Assembly (NCBI RefSeq): GCF_009914755.1 | Contig: NC_060927.1 | Direction: 5' to 3' (one strand) | Length of the DNA: 64,000 nucleotides | Origin: the human T2T-CHM13v2.0 reference genome, Homo sapiens | The notes under the pieces: generated by a model | What the model saw: the letters and a program-made list of their open reading frames with translations, nothing else | The model's database searches: none | What the model was told of the DNA's origin: nothing | Shown here: in pieces, positions 17,394 through 38,566 of the stretch | How positions within the stretch are numbered: the first letter of the stretch is position 1 | Layout of the letters: each line of letters starts with the position of its first letter | Translations under genes and position numbers: made by a program

Positions 17394-17714
17394 CAGTTGA
17401 ACCTTGGTGTCTATAGGGTATTGGCTGCAGGGCCTCCTTTGGATACCAAAATCCACAGATGCTCAACTCCTTGATATAAAATGGTATAGTATTTGCATTT
17501 AACCTATGTACACTTATTTTATTATCTCTAGATTACTTATAATACCTAACACAATGTAAATAGTTGTCTTACTGCATTGTTTAGAGAATAATAAGACAAA
17601 AATTCAATGTTCACTGCATGTGAACATTGCAAATGCAATCTTTTTTTAAATATTTTTTATCCATAGTTGGTTGAATCTATGGATGTAGAACCGATAGATA
17701 CGGAGGGCTGACAG
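17394..17714. mobile_element. MER2 (Tigger-derived MITE) within a MIR
   Basis: TA|cagttgaaccttgg ... ggataccaaaatccacagatgctcaa ... gatacggagggctgacag|TA. Confidence 0.8.
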
Positions 17715-18808
17715 TATTATTGTCAAGTTTGCAAATGATTATTCCTAAGTTCACAAGGTTAAACAAATCAAGTAAACAGAGCTTTAAAAAAAATGGTTGA
17801 ATTTAACATGTGGATGGATTCAGTAATCATTGGTGGATTGAATTTCAACACTTCTCTCTCATTGCAATTTTGGATTTAAGGTTTTATTTTATTTTCCTGT
17901 TTAGCTTTTCATACGTTACTACTACACTAAACATGAAAAATAGTTTTAATTTGAATGCTCATAAAATTGTGCCAAGAAATAAAAAATCTACTGAACGTCT
18001 ATGCTCAAGAGAACTAAAGTAGGATAAATACTACCTAGTAAACCCTTATTATCTCGATAATATGCTAAGATTTGGGTCAGTTTATCAAAGCACTGGGGTG
18101 AATATTTAAATGAACAGTTGTAAAATTTTATATCACAAAAGGACATCAACATTTCCATAATCCTTTAGCTCTTGACATTGTTAATTGATCTCAGTTAAGT
18201 CAGCAGATCTGGTTAATACTTGTTTACATTTGAGAAATTGTATAGTGCATATTAGAAATGACTATTTGGTAAAAAGCTAGGCACTCAGCAATGCTAATTT
18301 TATCAATCTTTGAAATCTAAAAATGAGCTTAACTTGTATTTTCAATTCAGTCAACAAAAGGTAGTTATTATTAGCAGCAATGGTATTGCCAGCTGAGCCT
18401 AAAAGAGACTTCACCACTGCAGCCCCAGATCCCACCTTTCCCATTCTTATCCTCTCTCCTACCTCCTACCAAGATCCTCCCATGGTTCCCCCAGATATAG
18501 CAAGTTGTGTTGCGCCTCTGCGTTCGTCCATGCTGCTCTCCCTATTTGGAAAAACAGTGTGCCCCTTTCTCTTTCTACTTCACTCAAACTTTAGTGCAAA
18601 TGTCAGCTCCTCTAGGAAGCTTTTTCATATCCTCCAGTATGATTTGATGCGCTCAACCTGGGCTCTCATAGAACCTTGAGCATTTCTTGAGCATGATGAC
18701 TTAAATTGCTGGAGAACCTTTGCCCCCCACCCTTTTAGGCTTCAAGCTTTGTAAGAGAAGCATCCATAATTGTATGAGAAGTGTGCCACACCTCGCATTC
18801 AATAAATA

Positions 18809-19173
18809 CAGTAGTTCCTCCCTTATCCATGGTTTCAGTTTCCAGGGTTTTAGTTACCCACAGTCAACCAGGGTCCAAAAATATTAAATGCAAAATTCCA
18901 GAAATAAACAATTCATAAGTTTTAAATTGCACCCAGCTCTGAGTAGTGTGTTGAAATCTCCTACTGTCCCACTCCATCCTGCCCAGAACATGAATCTTCC
19001 CTTTGGCCAGCATATCCATGCTGTATACACTACCTGCTTGTTAGTCACTTGGTAGTCATCTCTGTTTTCAAATCAAAAAGACATGGCATATATAGCATTG
19101 AGGACTATCTGCAGTGTCAGGCACCCACTAGGGGTCTTGGATCATATCCTTCACAGATAAAGGGGAATTACTG
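18809..19173. mobile_element. MER44-family (Tigger7-derived) MITE
   Basis: TIRs TA|cagtagttcctcccttatcc ... gataaaggggaattactg|TA; internal aaaattccagaaataaacaattcataag. Confidence 0.8.
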
Positions 19174-19396
19174 TATTAGTTGGAGGCAGGAAAGGGTGAG
19201 AATTTGTCTTGAAGGAAAATCAAGGCTCAGAACAGGTATGTGGCTTGCCCTGCATCACAAAGCTGGTAAATGGCAGAGTCCCTGGAGAATCCATTCCTCT
19301 TGCATTCCAGGGCCAGGTCCTATCCACTATTCTACACTTCTCTCACTGTTGTCAGTTGGGGGCTCTGGGTATTTTTAAAAGAGTAATGTCATAAAT

Positions 19397-19438
19397 ACAC
19401 ACATACACACACACACACACACACACCTACACACACAC
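19397..19438. repeat. (CA)n microsatellite, interrupted
   Basis: Seen directly. Confidence 0.9.
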
Positions 19439-21834
19439 GTATATATTTGATGAATATCTTAAAGAATTTTAAATAGAATTCACACTTAAACCTAGAAGTG
19501 AGTTTATACTTTGATGAACACTTACTTAGATAACTACGTAAATACACTAATTCCCAAATCACTAAGAATATTATAACAATCAAGTGAAGAACAAGAAGTA
19601 ACTACTTCCAAAAACAGGATGGCTTCTTATATTTAAATCAGGGAGAAAGGTGAGCCTGTGATCCAAAGGAATATAATCAAAATGAAGATAGGAGAGTTTT
19701 TTTTTTCTCATCCAAGCCAATATATTATTTATCAAAATAAAATGAATGATTCAGTATGGTTACTACTTTTCTAGGGCCACTTTGCCAAAAGCAAGACAAT
19801 TATCAATGACATACACACAAAATCCCAAGTGTTTGGAAAAATCACGGTGGTAGGTCATTCTGAGCCTTTATTCATCACGAATTACAATGGCACTTGTTAT
19901 CTGAGGAGAGGCTGGCTTTCCAGTTGCTCAGAGAAATCTATTACATATAAGAGACTGGGTGAATTGTGAGATAACTGTAGACCAGCGAGTGAGGTTGTAC
20001 ATGGTCAATCATTTAAATGCCTCCAAATAGCACTCTCAAAGTTTCACAGTATTGCCTTCACAGAGTTAAGCTGGCTGCCAAAGTGACCCACAGAAACTCT
20101 TTATCCAGTTCTTGCCTGCTGTACTCTCCAATCTGCCCTCACAGGACGATGCTTGGTGCCCAGGGTCAGTTTCCATTTCCCTGCCTCTAGGACATTGCTC
20201 ACCTCTGGAATGCACCCATTCTCAAACCATCTTTGTTTTTTGTTTTTGTTTTTGTTTTTCTTCAAAATTTTTCATAGTCAGCTACAAAAGTATCTCAAAT
20301 ACCACATTATAGAAAAAAAAACAAAAAAACACTTTCTGGTTTCATCAAATCCTTTTTACTCTTTGAAGAGTGTGATTTGGGGAAAAAAAAAAACTCTATC
20401 AAGGACTATTTGTTGAATGAGTGGTCCCTTCTAATTATTTATATTCTTAATCACCCCACAGTGAGCTTTTGGAGGAAGGTGGCCCTGTCATCTCTGGGTC
20501 TTTCTCAAAAGTGAGAAAAAGTGATAATCCTTCAGCAAATGTGTCAAATGACTGTCAACAATCCTGCCATTCAAGATGATGCAAATTATCTATGTGATTT
20601 TCCTGTTCTAGATAAAACTGCTAGGGATATTCCAAAGCTGTGGAGGCCTACTCGGAACCCTTTGGTAGAAAATGTCTGAGAGGCTACATGGCTGGAAATG
20701 GGAAACATGCCTAATGCTCCCTGTAGCATCTTGGGCTGGCTCACCATATCCCTGCTGACTCCTAGTTCTCTGAGTCAACCGCACATGAAAGTGGAGCTTT
20801 GATCCCAGCATCTTAAAAATCCTCCAATTGGAAAAGAATCTGTTCTCTCTAGATGATAAAAGTGAAATTGCACCTCTGTGAAATGCGTTTGCAGCCAGGT
20901 GCAGGGCTCTGCAGGAGTCAGCTCTGGGACAGACTCAAATCTCTCTCAATCAATAGCTACATTTAAACTTTCCATTCCAAAGTGTCTGAAACTGAGCTGA
21001 CCAAAGCAGCCCAGAAACCTAACCCCTGCAACTTGGGTCACACAATGTGTCTTTCAGCCACTGACATCATTTCTCATTATGGGCAAATAAGGAAAAGGCC
21101 CAGTTTTCTGTGGATGAAGATATGTGACTCTTACCAAAGAGTCACCTCTTACTAAAGTTGCCCAGCTTCAGCTCATGAAACAATTATCCTTAGCACAATG
21201 TAGGCCATACCCACCTTAAGCTCTGGACTGTAGCCCTGCCCCTGACTTTGTCTGCACGTAACTGTGGATCTGCAGTTTTCCATAAGGTAAGTAGATCATT
21301 AGCAATATTAATGACCCACCCACTGTCTAAAATGCTGCCTGACACATAGTAGGCATGCAGTAAATATTTGTCAGACAATCTACGGAATGGAAATTAATTA
21401 AAATTTGATGGATTTAGCTATTAACAGCTCTTGATCTCAGAGGAAAGGCACTCTGTAAATAAGGATCCAGCGCCATTAGCATTGATTGGCTGTTATTCAA
21501 CTCCATATTGGGAGTTTTATAAACTTGTAAATACAGTCTGTACACTTAGAGGCCCAGAGGAGCTGTAGAGACTGCATTTACATCCCGTGGAAATGACTTT
21601 TTAAATAATAATAATGGTAATGATAATAATAACCCTTTTTATGTGTGGGGTTCTTTTTAGTTTGCAACACACTTTCACATCCATTATCACCTTAACTCTT
21701 CCCAACCCCGTGAAGACATCGTTACCTACTGGTTAAAAAAAAAATGGACTCAGAAAAGTGGCATGACTTGTCTAAAGTCACACAGCTAGTAAGAAATAGA
21801 ACAGTATCTCAAATTTCACTTTTCCCACACCAAA

Positions 21835-21856
21835 AAACAACAACAACAACAACAAA
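21835..21856. repeat. (AAC)n microsatellite
   Basis: Seen directly. Confidence 0.85.
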
Positions 21857-23911
21857 ACCCAGGTAGCATTTTTTTCTACTACATGGCATCTACCTTTGAA
21901 TGGATTTATTTTTAAAGAAGGAGAATTCAGCCAAGATCATTTAGTTTTTGATTAGACAAGTCTCTATAATAACTTCACAAAAAATATCTTACTTCTAAAT
22001 GAATTCTTATTAAACTTGCTTCAGGATGAGTATGATGTTACTCTAAAATCAGAGTCTGTGTTAGAAAGGACCTCAAATATCATCCATTCTTTGTTTGTTC
22101 AGATATTTATTAAATTTGTACTTCATGAGGTCCACACTCCTGGAGAAGAAACAGGACACAGAGATGTGTCTGTCATCGAGAATTCGTGAGATAAGGACAT
22201 GGAACAGGTAACAAATGACTATAATATGAGGCAGAAATTGTTAAGCATCATCCACAAGTCAAACAGGTGACTGGCAGGTGAGGAAGAAACACTAGCTTCC
22301 AGCAGAGGAATTCAAAGAATGCTTCAGGGAGTTTGTGCTGGCCTAAGAAAAAAAGGAGAATTGGAATAGTGAAGATAAATAAGAGAAGAGAGAGTTACGG
22401 AAGCAAAAGCAGCGTGAGATTGCCTCGTGGGTAATAGAGGAACTGGGTTCTTAGAGTATAGAGAGGAGTGGTGTTGGGCAAGGTCAGAGGCAGAAGGCAG
22501 AGGCCCTTGAATGCCAGGTTCATTTACAGATGGGGAAAGTGGGGCCCAGGGAGGGAAGTGACTCCCTCTTTTGTCTTTCTTTCATATACATTTTAAAAAT
22601 TGCATCTGCCAGTATCTTCTCAGCCATTAAGGAAAACTAGTGTCTTGACTAACAGAAGCTAAAACATGATCTGGCTATTTTCTGTCCAAGTACAATACTG
22701 TTAAATGTAAAAAAAAAAAAAGCTATTCACTTAGGTCCACACTAGGGTCACAAGTGTGTTTTCTCGGGGAACGCCATTAAGCAAGCCATCTCTGAAACTA
22801 GTGAGGTAGTGAGCCGGAGTAGAAATATCACGGGGGGTAGGGGGGCGGGTAGTTAAGAAGTCAGGAGACATGGTCTGTCCCTTTTGTAATTGGACAATAG
22901 TTTGCTCTGTAATGTTGGTCAGGTAGTGTCCCTTTTCTCTTAACTTTTTTGGAAGAGAATAATACATCTCAGTATTATTCTTGCTCAGCATTTACTATAT
23001 AATACTTCCAGGGTTATATTTGCTTAGCATATATTAACAAATTTGTTGTGACTTAATGGATGTGAAGTTGTCTATAAACTATAAATTGCTAAACAAACTA
23101 GAAGGTCCTAGTATAATCATTATCATCTTGTTACTCGTAGGTTCAGCATTAATCACAAAACAGACCTCACAGATCATTATTTCCAAGCCTTCTGATTTCT
23201 AGGTGAGGAAACAGGTCTAGAGAGGCGAAAATGACATGCTCAAGGTTGCACTAGAAATTAATATTGAGGTTGAAACTAGAGCCATGACTCTTAACACCCA
23301 GCTCTGAAGTCACTCTACCAGAACCAGAGGCTGTACTGTCATGTGACCTTGTGAACAAGGCCTATGTGGGACTATAAGTCTTTTTAAAATGATATTTTAT
23401 GTCTTGATTAGAATATGGTAAAGTAAGCACTTTGCACCATTCCCACTTAAATGAAAAAAAAAAAAAGTAGTCATGCAGGTCAAATGATTTGGCTAATTTC
23501 TAACAAGGAAACATGCATAAGAAGGAAACGGCAGAAAGTCAGCTTCTCCCTGGAGGTCAGTCTGCTCAATGAGACAGCATTGCCAAATTCCTAAAAACGA
23601 CTGCATATTATTTTCCAAATCACCATGGCTCTCCTCCTCAGAACCCTATATAATACAAATCCAAAGATTCTGACTTAAACATTTTATTTGAAGAATTCCG
23701 TGACTCCACTTGCAGTCGCTGAAGCCAGGCAGAAGTAGGATCGGCAATTCCACGCGGCTCAGTTGCCTTCTCACCTGCTCTGTTCTGATGGCCTCGACAT
23801 TGGCTCATTTCCTAGCGACTTTGACAGAACAATCACTTCTGTTTAACCTTGCTTTTTTCCTGCTACCATATCATATGTAATTTTACTCCTTGAAATAGAA
23901 TATTCACTTTA

Positions 23912-24246
23912 GTACAAACTCAAACTTTCTTGTCTAAAACCTTTTGAGGCCATATGTGTTTCAAGAATTTATACTTACTTGTATTTCAGAAAGATAGTTC
24001 AGTGTCTGTCTTACTATATTAAAAACACCCCAGCAGGATCTGGGGCAGGAACCCAATATTGAAAGCTTTCGTGTTTCTTCAGAAAACATATGAATATTCT
24101 TAATAAGTGGGCTAAGTAAAGAGTATAAACAACTTCATATAAGGACAGGACAAGTTTTGTGACCAAGAGCATTTGCTATACATTTACAGAAAAACTATCA
24201 TATTTCAGAGCATTTTGGACTTCAGAATTATAGATAAGGGATTGTA
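23912..24246. mobile_element. Old Tigger-like DNA transposon relic
   Basis: TA-flanked; 3' end cattttggacttcagaattatagataagggattg|ta resembles MER46/Tigger termini. Confidence 0.4.
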
Positions 24247-24432
24247 CACCCACACAACTACTCAATTTGTATAACTACTCAATCTAATCAACTACCATTG
24301 GTGACTCCATTTGTCCCTCTAAGAGAGTCATCAATATTAGTTGACTTGTATTGAGCCGATTTTTCCTATGGCCCTTTATGTCTTCATAATGAAACACCAC
24401 AGAAAATAAAATAGACGAAAAGTGTCATTAAT

Positions 24433-24605
24433 TACAAAAAATTAGCCAGTCATCATAGTGCGTGCCTGTGGTCCCAGCTACTCAGGAGGCTGAGGTGGGA
24501 GGATCACTTGTGCCTGGGACGTGGAGGTTACAGTGAGCCAAGATCATGCCACTGCACTCCAACTTGGGTGACAGAGTGAGACCCCATCTCAAAAAAAAAA
24601 AAACA
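24433..24605 (+). mobile_element. 5'-truncated AluJ/FRAM right monomer
   Basis: tacaaaaaattagcc..gtcccagctactcaggaggctgaggtgggaggatcactt..gacagagtgagacccc followed by polyA. Confidence 0.85.
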
Positions 24606-24611
24606 AAGTCT

Positions 24612-24866
24612 CGCTTGTTCTCACTCATAAGTGGGAGTTGAACAATGAGAACACATGGACACAGGGAGGGGAACATCACACACCAGAGCCTGCTGGGGGT
24701 GGGAGGCAAGGGGAGGGAGAACATTAGGACAAATATCTAATGCATGCAGGGCTTAAAACCTAGATGACGGGTTGATAGGTTCAGCAAACCACCATGGCAC
24801 ATGTATACCTATGTAACAAACCTGCACATTCTGCACATGTATCCCAGAACTTAAAGTGAAATTAAA
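24612..24866 (+). mobile_element. L1PA8-10-like 3' end inserted at the Alu tail
   Basis: ttctcactcataagtgggagttg ... cttaaaacctagatgacggg ... cccagaacttaaagt; flanks aaaaacaaagtctc / aaaaaaaaagtcac. Confidence 0.85.
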
Positions 24867-25018
24867 AAAAAAAAAGTCACTATTGATAAGTATTTTTGCA
24901 TCCTCTTCCTTTCAAAAGCAGTGTCTTTGTTGCTGGCAGTGAGAGCAAGTACCTGCCTCCATTTAAATCATCAATGTGACCAAGGACAGAGGATGCAGGC
25001 TAGTCTGAAGATGGTCAT

Positions 25019-25423
25019 CGCTATGGACTGAATTGTGTATCCCACCCAAAGTCATATGTTAAGGCCCTAACCACTGATTTGACTGTATTTGGACATAAGG
25101 CCTATAAGGTGGTAATTTAGGTTTAGGTAATGAGGTCACAAAGGTGGGTTCCTGATCTGATGATATTAGTGTCCTTATAAGAAGAGATACCAGAGTGTAC
25201 TTGTGTGCATGTGTGCATGCGCTCTCCCTCTCCCTCTCCCTCGCACACACCATGTAAAGTCACATTTTACCATCTGCAAGTCAGGAAGAAAGCCTTCAGC
25301 AGGCACCAGCAAGCACTTTGCTCCTGGACTTTGTAGCCTCCAGAACTGTGGGAAATAAGTTTCTGTTGTTTAAACCATCCACTCTGTGGTATTCTGTTAT
25401 AGCAGCCTGAACTGACTAATACA
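25019..25423 (+). mobile_element. MLT1A/B-type MaLR solo LTR
   Basis: gctatggactgaattgtgt ... gcctccagaactgtgggaaataagtttctgttg ... gactaataca. Confidence 0.8.
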
Positions 25424-26552
25424 ATTGTTGTTAGAATTCTGTTTCTCGGACTGGCTATATTTGCATGCCCTATACACAGTCAGAAGTCTTACTCATGGTT
25501 ACATTTATTGAACACTAAGCTCGATGTTGGGAGGCCTAAATTCTAAACTTGACTCTCTGCCACCAACTAGAAGTGTGAATTGGGACACATCACTTCCTTT
25601 CTCAGGAGCTCAGTTTCTCAATTGTAAAAAGAGTTATGCCCTGGATAATCTCTAAGTTTCCCTCCTGCAATGACTTTCTAAGCTGCTGGGAATTTAATCA
25701 CATCCAGTTTCCATTTCCCAGTAATGCTTTTTGGCAAGGCTAGGAAACAACTCAAGAATCATTTATGCTATCCCTTCTCCTCACTCTACCGCCAAGACAA
25801 TTTGTGTTGCTCTCACACTTACCTCCGGGGTGTTAGCAAAATCAATGGAGCTCTTTGTGTTTCTCAGATGGAAAAGCTTCTCATGAGTGTCCTTGTAACT
25901 TGATTGTGGTTAGAGCTGCTTCATGCATTGCTGATGGCCTGCACTTCTGAAAGGTGCTGAGGTAAATGCAAATTACAGCAGGGCCAATTTTGGGATAGGA
26001 AATAATTCTTCCCAAGATACCCATCTGGCAATATCCCATGAGGTCAGGAGGCAAAGATTAGGTAAATATCATCCACTACATCTATAAACTACCTTCGCAG
26101 CAGTGGCCAGGTCAAGAAAAGAGACACAGAGGCATGACAGTGGCTTCTTCCATCAAAAGAGCTTTTGTACTGCTTTTGCTTTTCCCCTTGCTTCTGGCCA
26201 GGGATGCCTAACACTGTAATTGTTTCTGGGTCAAGTTGAGGGATGAGTCCATTCCCTCTGCCCACCCACAATGTATTATCAGTTTCCTACATACCATCCC
26301 CAGTTCTGATCTTCAGTTCTTCCTTGTTCTTCCACCCCCGCCCCCAATCCCCAAGTCTGACTACATTGCTTTCTCTCTTCTCCTCCTCCTAACACATCAA
26401 AGGGATAACAGCTCCACAAGAGGAAATGTTTAATTTTACCATCTAATCAGTACCCAAACTGAAATACAGCTGATGTATCATAATTGACATGGCCTGCACC
26501 ATCTTGAAGTCACATTGCCATGTTCTCAAAATATTTACAGAAGTATTTCTGC

Positions 26553-26735
26553 CAGAGATTTCCAATTCTTGCTGTGCATCAGACTCATTTGAAAAGCTTA
26601 TTAAAAACACAGATGTCTAGGCTAAATTGCAGCCATCCTATACCAGAACCTGCAGGTGAAGAAGCCCTAGAATATGCATTTCAACAAGCTCTATAATACT
26701 CCTTAGGCAATTAGCCTAATATTAGTCATTTGGGA
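26553..26735. mobile_element. MER5-type hAT-Charlie MITE
   Basis: catcagactcatttgaaaagcttattaaaaacacagat ... aatatgcatttcaacaagctc. Confidence 0.55.
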
Positions 26736-27169
26736 AATATAATGTTGTTTCTTGCTCATAGAAGCAGAAATCTTATGTCTTTAATCTTGATTTTTTATTA
26801 ATTATAAATCTTTGTTACATAGAATAAAAATATAATTCTACTACTTTAACAACCGAAAAACATAAGAACATTGGAGTGGATCATGAAACTCTAAGAAAGA
26901 CTGCAGCTGGGCTCAAGAACAATGAAAAAGTCACTTTCCAGATGTTTTCTATTTCATATCTTGAGGGGCTTCTGAATATTGATTTGGCTTTTCCGTCTCA
27001 CCTCAGACTGGCTTTCTCCTCTCCTCAGTAGCAGAATGTAACTGCTGCAATTTCCCAAGTGTTACATATTTCAGTCCATTTATACAGATAACTTTCTTTT
27101 CTAAGGCCAAATTCTCAGGGAAAGATTCAAATTGGATTTGAAGGTATCAAGTGTCCACTTTACCCGAAG

Positions 27170-27212
27170 TACACACACACACACACACACACATTCATAT
27201 TCTCTCTCTCTC
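27170..27212. repeat. (CA)n/(CT)n microsatellite within an old MLT1-like LTR
   Basis: Microsatellite seen directly; flanks are MLT1-like. Confidence 0.75.
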
Positions 27213-27638
27213 TTTCATGAACCATGGTGCAGATTCTATTAAAGGATTTCTGAATCTCCCATATTTGCATCAAGTGGTTCCTTTGGCTGCTTATGATAGC
27301 TGGGGTGAGACTGATGTGGAAGCTCTCTCAGTCACCCTATCCTGTGAGTTTGGTGGGTAGCAGCAATTCTCAGACAATTGTAGGAAGCTCCTACAAAGGG
27401 GCAGTTCTAGAAGAAAGTGCTAGGTGAGCAAAAGAAGAAAAAAGGTACGTACTACAATATATTTCTCTTAGTGCCCATCATAGTGCTTTGCTCCTAATAA
27501 ATGCTCAATACATATTAATTAAATAGAGAATGGGCCAGAACTAGTCAGAAGTCCTGATTTTAAATGACAGTACCAACAGTGATTAGCCATGTAAACATCA
27601 AACCTCTCAAGAGTTTCTTTATCTAAAGAATGGAGTTA

Positions 27639-28573
27639 ACAGGCATATGAAAAGTTACTCGACATCATTGGTCATCAGAGAACTGCAAATAAAAACTATG
27701 AGACATCATCTCACCTGAGTAAATTAACATGGGTTATATTCAAAAGAGAGGCAGTAACAAATGCTGGAGAGGATGTGGAGAAAAGGGAACCCTTGTACAC
27801 TGTTTGTGGGAATGTAAATTAGTACAACCACTATGGAGAACTGTTTGGAGGTTCCTGCAAAAACTAAAAATAGAGCTACCATATGATCCAGCAATCCCAC
27901 TAGTGGGTATATACCCAAGAAAGGAAATCTGTATATCGAAGAGATACCTGCACTCCCATGTTTGCTGCAGCACTGTTTACCACAGCCAAGATTCTGAAGC
28001 AACCTAAATATCCATCAACAGATGAATAAAGAAAGAAAATATGGTACACATACACAATGGAGTACTATTCTGTCACAAAAAAAGAATGAGCTCTTGTAAT
28101 TTGCAACCACTTGGATGGAGCTGGAGATTGTTTTGTTAAGTGAAATAAGCCAGGCACAGAAAGACAAGCATCACATGTTCTCACTTATTTGTGGGATCTA
28201 AAAGATCAAAATAATTGGATTCATGAACATAGAGGGTAGAAGGATGGTTACCAGAAACTGGGAAGAAGGAGTGTGGTGGGGGGAGGGGAAGATGGTTAAT
28301 AAGCACACACAAAAAAGTTAGAAGAATGAATAGGACCTATTATTTGATAGCACAACAGGGTGACTATAATCGATAGTAACTTAATTATTATACATTTTAA
28401 AAGAACTAAAAGAGTATAATTGGGCTGTTTATAACACAAAGGATAAATGCTTGGGGGATGGATACTCAATTCTCCATGATGTGATTATTACGTATTGCAT
28501 GCCTGTGTCAAAACATCTCATGTACCCAGTAAAATTCTGTACCCACAAAAATTTAAAATAAAAAAATATTTAA
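27639..28573 (+). mobile_element. L1MA1-3-like 3' fragment inserted in a MIR
   Basis: ORF2 end plus 3'UTR (tatttgatagcacaacagggtgactata); 14-bp TSD aaagaatggagtta at 27625 and 28574. Confidence 0.88.
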
Positions 28574-28717
28574 AAAGAATGGAGTTAGTAATATGGTTAT
28601 TTGGTGGATGGAAAAAATTCAAAATTATACATATACGCACATATATACACACACTTTTATTTATATGTAAAAGTATTGTAAACCACAAACAACTCTATAA
28701 ATATTAAATACCACTTT

Positions 28718-29029
<312 letters not shown>

Positions 29030-29696
29030 TGAAATTTTCCAATTCATCATTAAAGTTTCATGTCCGTGATTTAATAAGATTACTTATTTATGGGAATGCC
29101 AACAGAAATCTGGAGTCTGCCTTGCTTGAAAGTGCTTTATCAGAGTTATCTCCAGTGTAAGTGCCGTACTTCATTAGGACCTACTAAAAGGAGCAGCTAC
29201 TGAACACTTACTACATGCAAAGCACCATGGTAAGTCCTTTACACACATTATCTCATTTAATACAAACAATAATTCTTTGAATTAGGTGTAAATAGTATCT
29301 TCATTTTACAAAAAAAAGAAAAAACAAAAAAAGTTGAAGCTTAGAAAGGTTTGGTTAACTTGCCAAGAATGCACAGACAATAAGCAGTGGCACCTAGATT
29401 CAAGCCCATATCTTCCCATAAAACAACTGTGTTGGAATCTGTCTATCTTAACATGTCATGGAAATTTCCACATTACCCAGAAACAAGTTATTGTTAATAT
29501 TCTCCCTGTAACTAGCTTTAAGATACGATAAATTCGATAGTATCATTACAGCTAAGCCTTTTAAAATATAACACATTTTAACCTCCAGGCCAAAGTTGTA
29601 AGTGTTCCTCACGGAATTATGTCCTGAATCTGATTCTGGTGTATTCTTAATTGAAAAACATTGTGCTTAGACTAAAAGTAAAAAAGTAAATAGTAA

Positions 29697-36494
<6,798 letters not shown>

Positions 36495-37329
36495 AAAAAA
36501 TTAAATAGTAAAATTTATTTGTAAGCCAGATGTAAATGGCAAGATGGCTCCTAAAAAGACTTTAATAATTCAATTTGTCAACTGCCAACAAATAAATCGA
36601 TTATATTTTCATCTGAATTTGTGTCACTTCTGGGTTTTTTGTCCTTCTGGCCTAGCTTTTTCTCCTCTCATTTTTTCTTTCTCTTTGTTAAGAATTTCAG
36701 TATAGATGTATAAACATCGTATAATAATTTTATGCAGCAAAAATTATTGAATCATAGAATATTAGAGCCAGAATGAATCTTATTTACCGTCTGGTATGAT
36801 TCAATCAGGTTATAGGGACAAACTGTGACCTAGAGAGAAAAGTTCACAGAGCAAGTTAATGTTCTTCCATCCACAAAGTATTCCACAGAGAACACTGATC
36901 CCCAAGTCAAGAAAACATAGTAATATTATTAATTACTATAAACCAATCTTCATTCTTGCCTAAGTTCATCCATCTGGAAAAGACATGAGAATGAATTAGA
37001 TGATTTCAAAGATAACTTTTACCTCAAATATAAACTTTTCTTAATTTTTTCACCCCTAAAGAGATATGCAACGATTTCACACATAGATTCACATTCATAT
37101 CTTTATGTCTTCTTACGTTTGAATGTTCATATCTGCCATTCTGAGTTAACTGAACAGTCAAAATTACACATTTATTGATACATAGGGAATTATTGGTAGA
37201 CTAGCTTTCATAACCCTCAACTTCAGACTGAAGCGCATTCTGTAGAGACCATGGATATTATGTGGTATCACTTTCTGGTAACACAGAATTTCAGTCTAGC
37301 TCCATTAGACACTGTTAATAAAAGAAAGC

Positions 37330-37830
37330 TATATTAGTTAGATTTTGTTTTATATAAATACAAAAATTCCAGCTAGCTTAATCAAAATGGGAATACATTG
37401 GGAGAATACGGAAATATCTTATAAAATATTTGAATAACAAAGCCATAGAAAGCTTCAGGAACAGCTGGAATCAGGGACTTGAGAGTCTTCAGGATTCCCG
37501 CCCCCCCCCCCAACCTCTCTTCTCTGCTTCTCTCCAGGAATGGCTTCATTCTACTCTTACTATAACAGTCCTCTCTACACTTTGGGAGACATAGCTGCCA
37601 ACACCAATGATGTTTTACATGCTAACCTTGCAGCCTACCAAGAGATGCCAACACAGTTCTTAGCTCGAAGATCAGAAATCTGAGACAGAAGTGACTCTAA
37701 CCTAGCTTGAGTTAAGTGTGTCCACTCCTGAACCAAACAACTAGGGTCAATGGTTAGGATCATGTGTCACTAATGTAATAATTCTCTTGATAAGTAAATT
37801 GATGAGGAAAGGAGCTCTCAGCAGACCATC
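37330..37830. mobile_element. Old MLT1 (I/J/K-like) LTR relic
   Basis: cttcaggaacagctggaatcagggact ... tggcttcattct ... gtgtccactcctgaaccaa. Confidence 0.5.
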
Positions 37831-38566
37831 TGTAAGTTTTCACTCCATCGGTAAATTCTGGGTTCTGTGCATATAAAACTGGTATTTGCAATCAAGGGGA
37901 AAGTTATTTTCCAGAGTGTTAGAATCATTGAAAGATTATAGTGAGCTTGGGATAATGCTAAAGTGGTCAAATTGACAGCCTGGTTGGAATTTCGACTCCA
38001 AACACATTTCTACTCATATTTTATATGCCCGTATGCTATGGAGACTATTATCAATTTAACCTTTTCTAAGATATATTCAGTGTATTGTAATCACTACATT
38101 GGAGCAATACATTTTTAATTTGCAATGATTGACAATGGTGGAAAAATTCTTAACTACATATTTCATATACTCCTTCACAGTTTACCTAAGCTTTCTCCTA
38201 CTTTTTTCAACTCATTTCCTCTACCCAACTGGAGATAAACTAGCAACCCATGACAACAGGAGGGTATGTGCTTGTTACTGTTACCTAAACAGCCACACTC
38301 TCCAATAATACCTAACCCTTTTCCTGAGTTGTGTGGGTTAGAGTAGCCACCAACTAACAGCTGGAATAGCGTGCAGAGGAGATGAGAAGACTAACACTGG
38401 CACCAAGAGTCACAACAATATTTTTTCCCTGGAGGTTGAGTGTTGAGACAGGTGGTTGATGTCATGAGTATTGATCAGTTGTTTTGAATTAACATAAACA
38501 AAACATGAAATTGGTTTTACTTTCCTGGAAATGCAATAAATTTATTAAAGATACTTTATGTGACCT

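Noticed and set aside
22802-22810. TGAGGTAGT let-7-like 5' end
   Set aside because: Only 9 nt match; the rest of the mature sequence and a complementary arm are absent.
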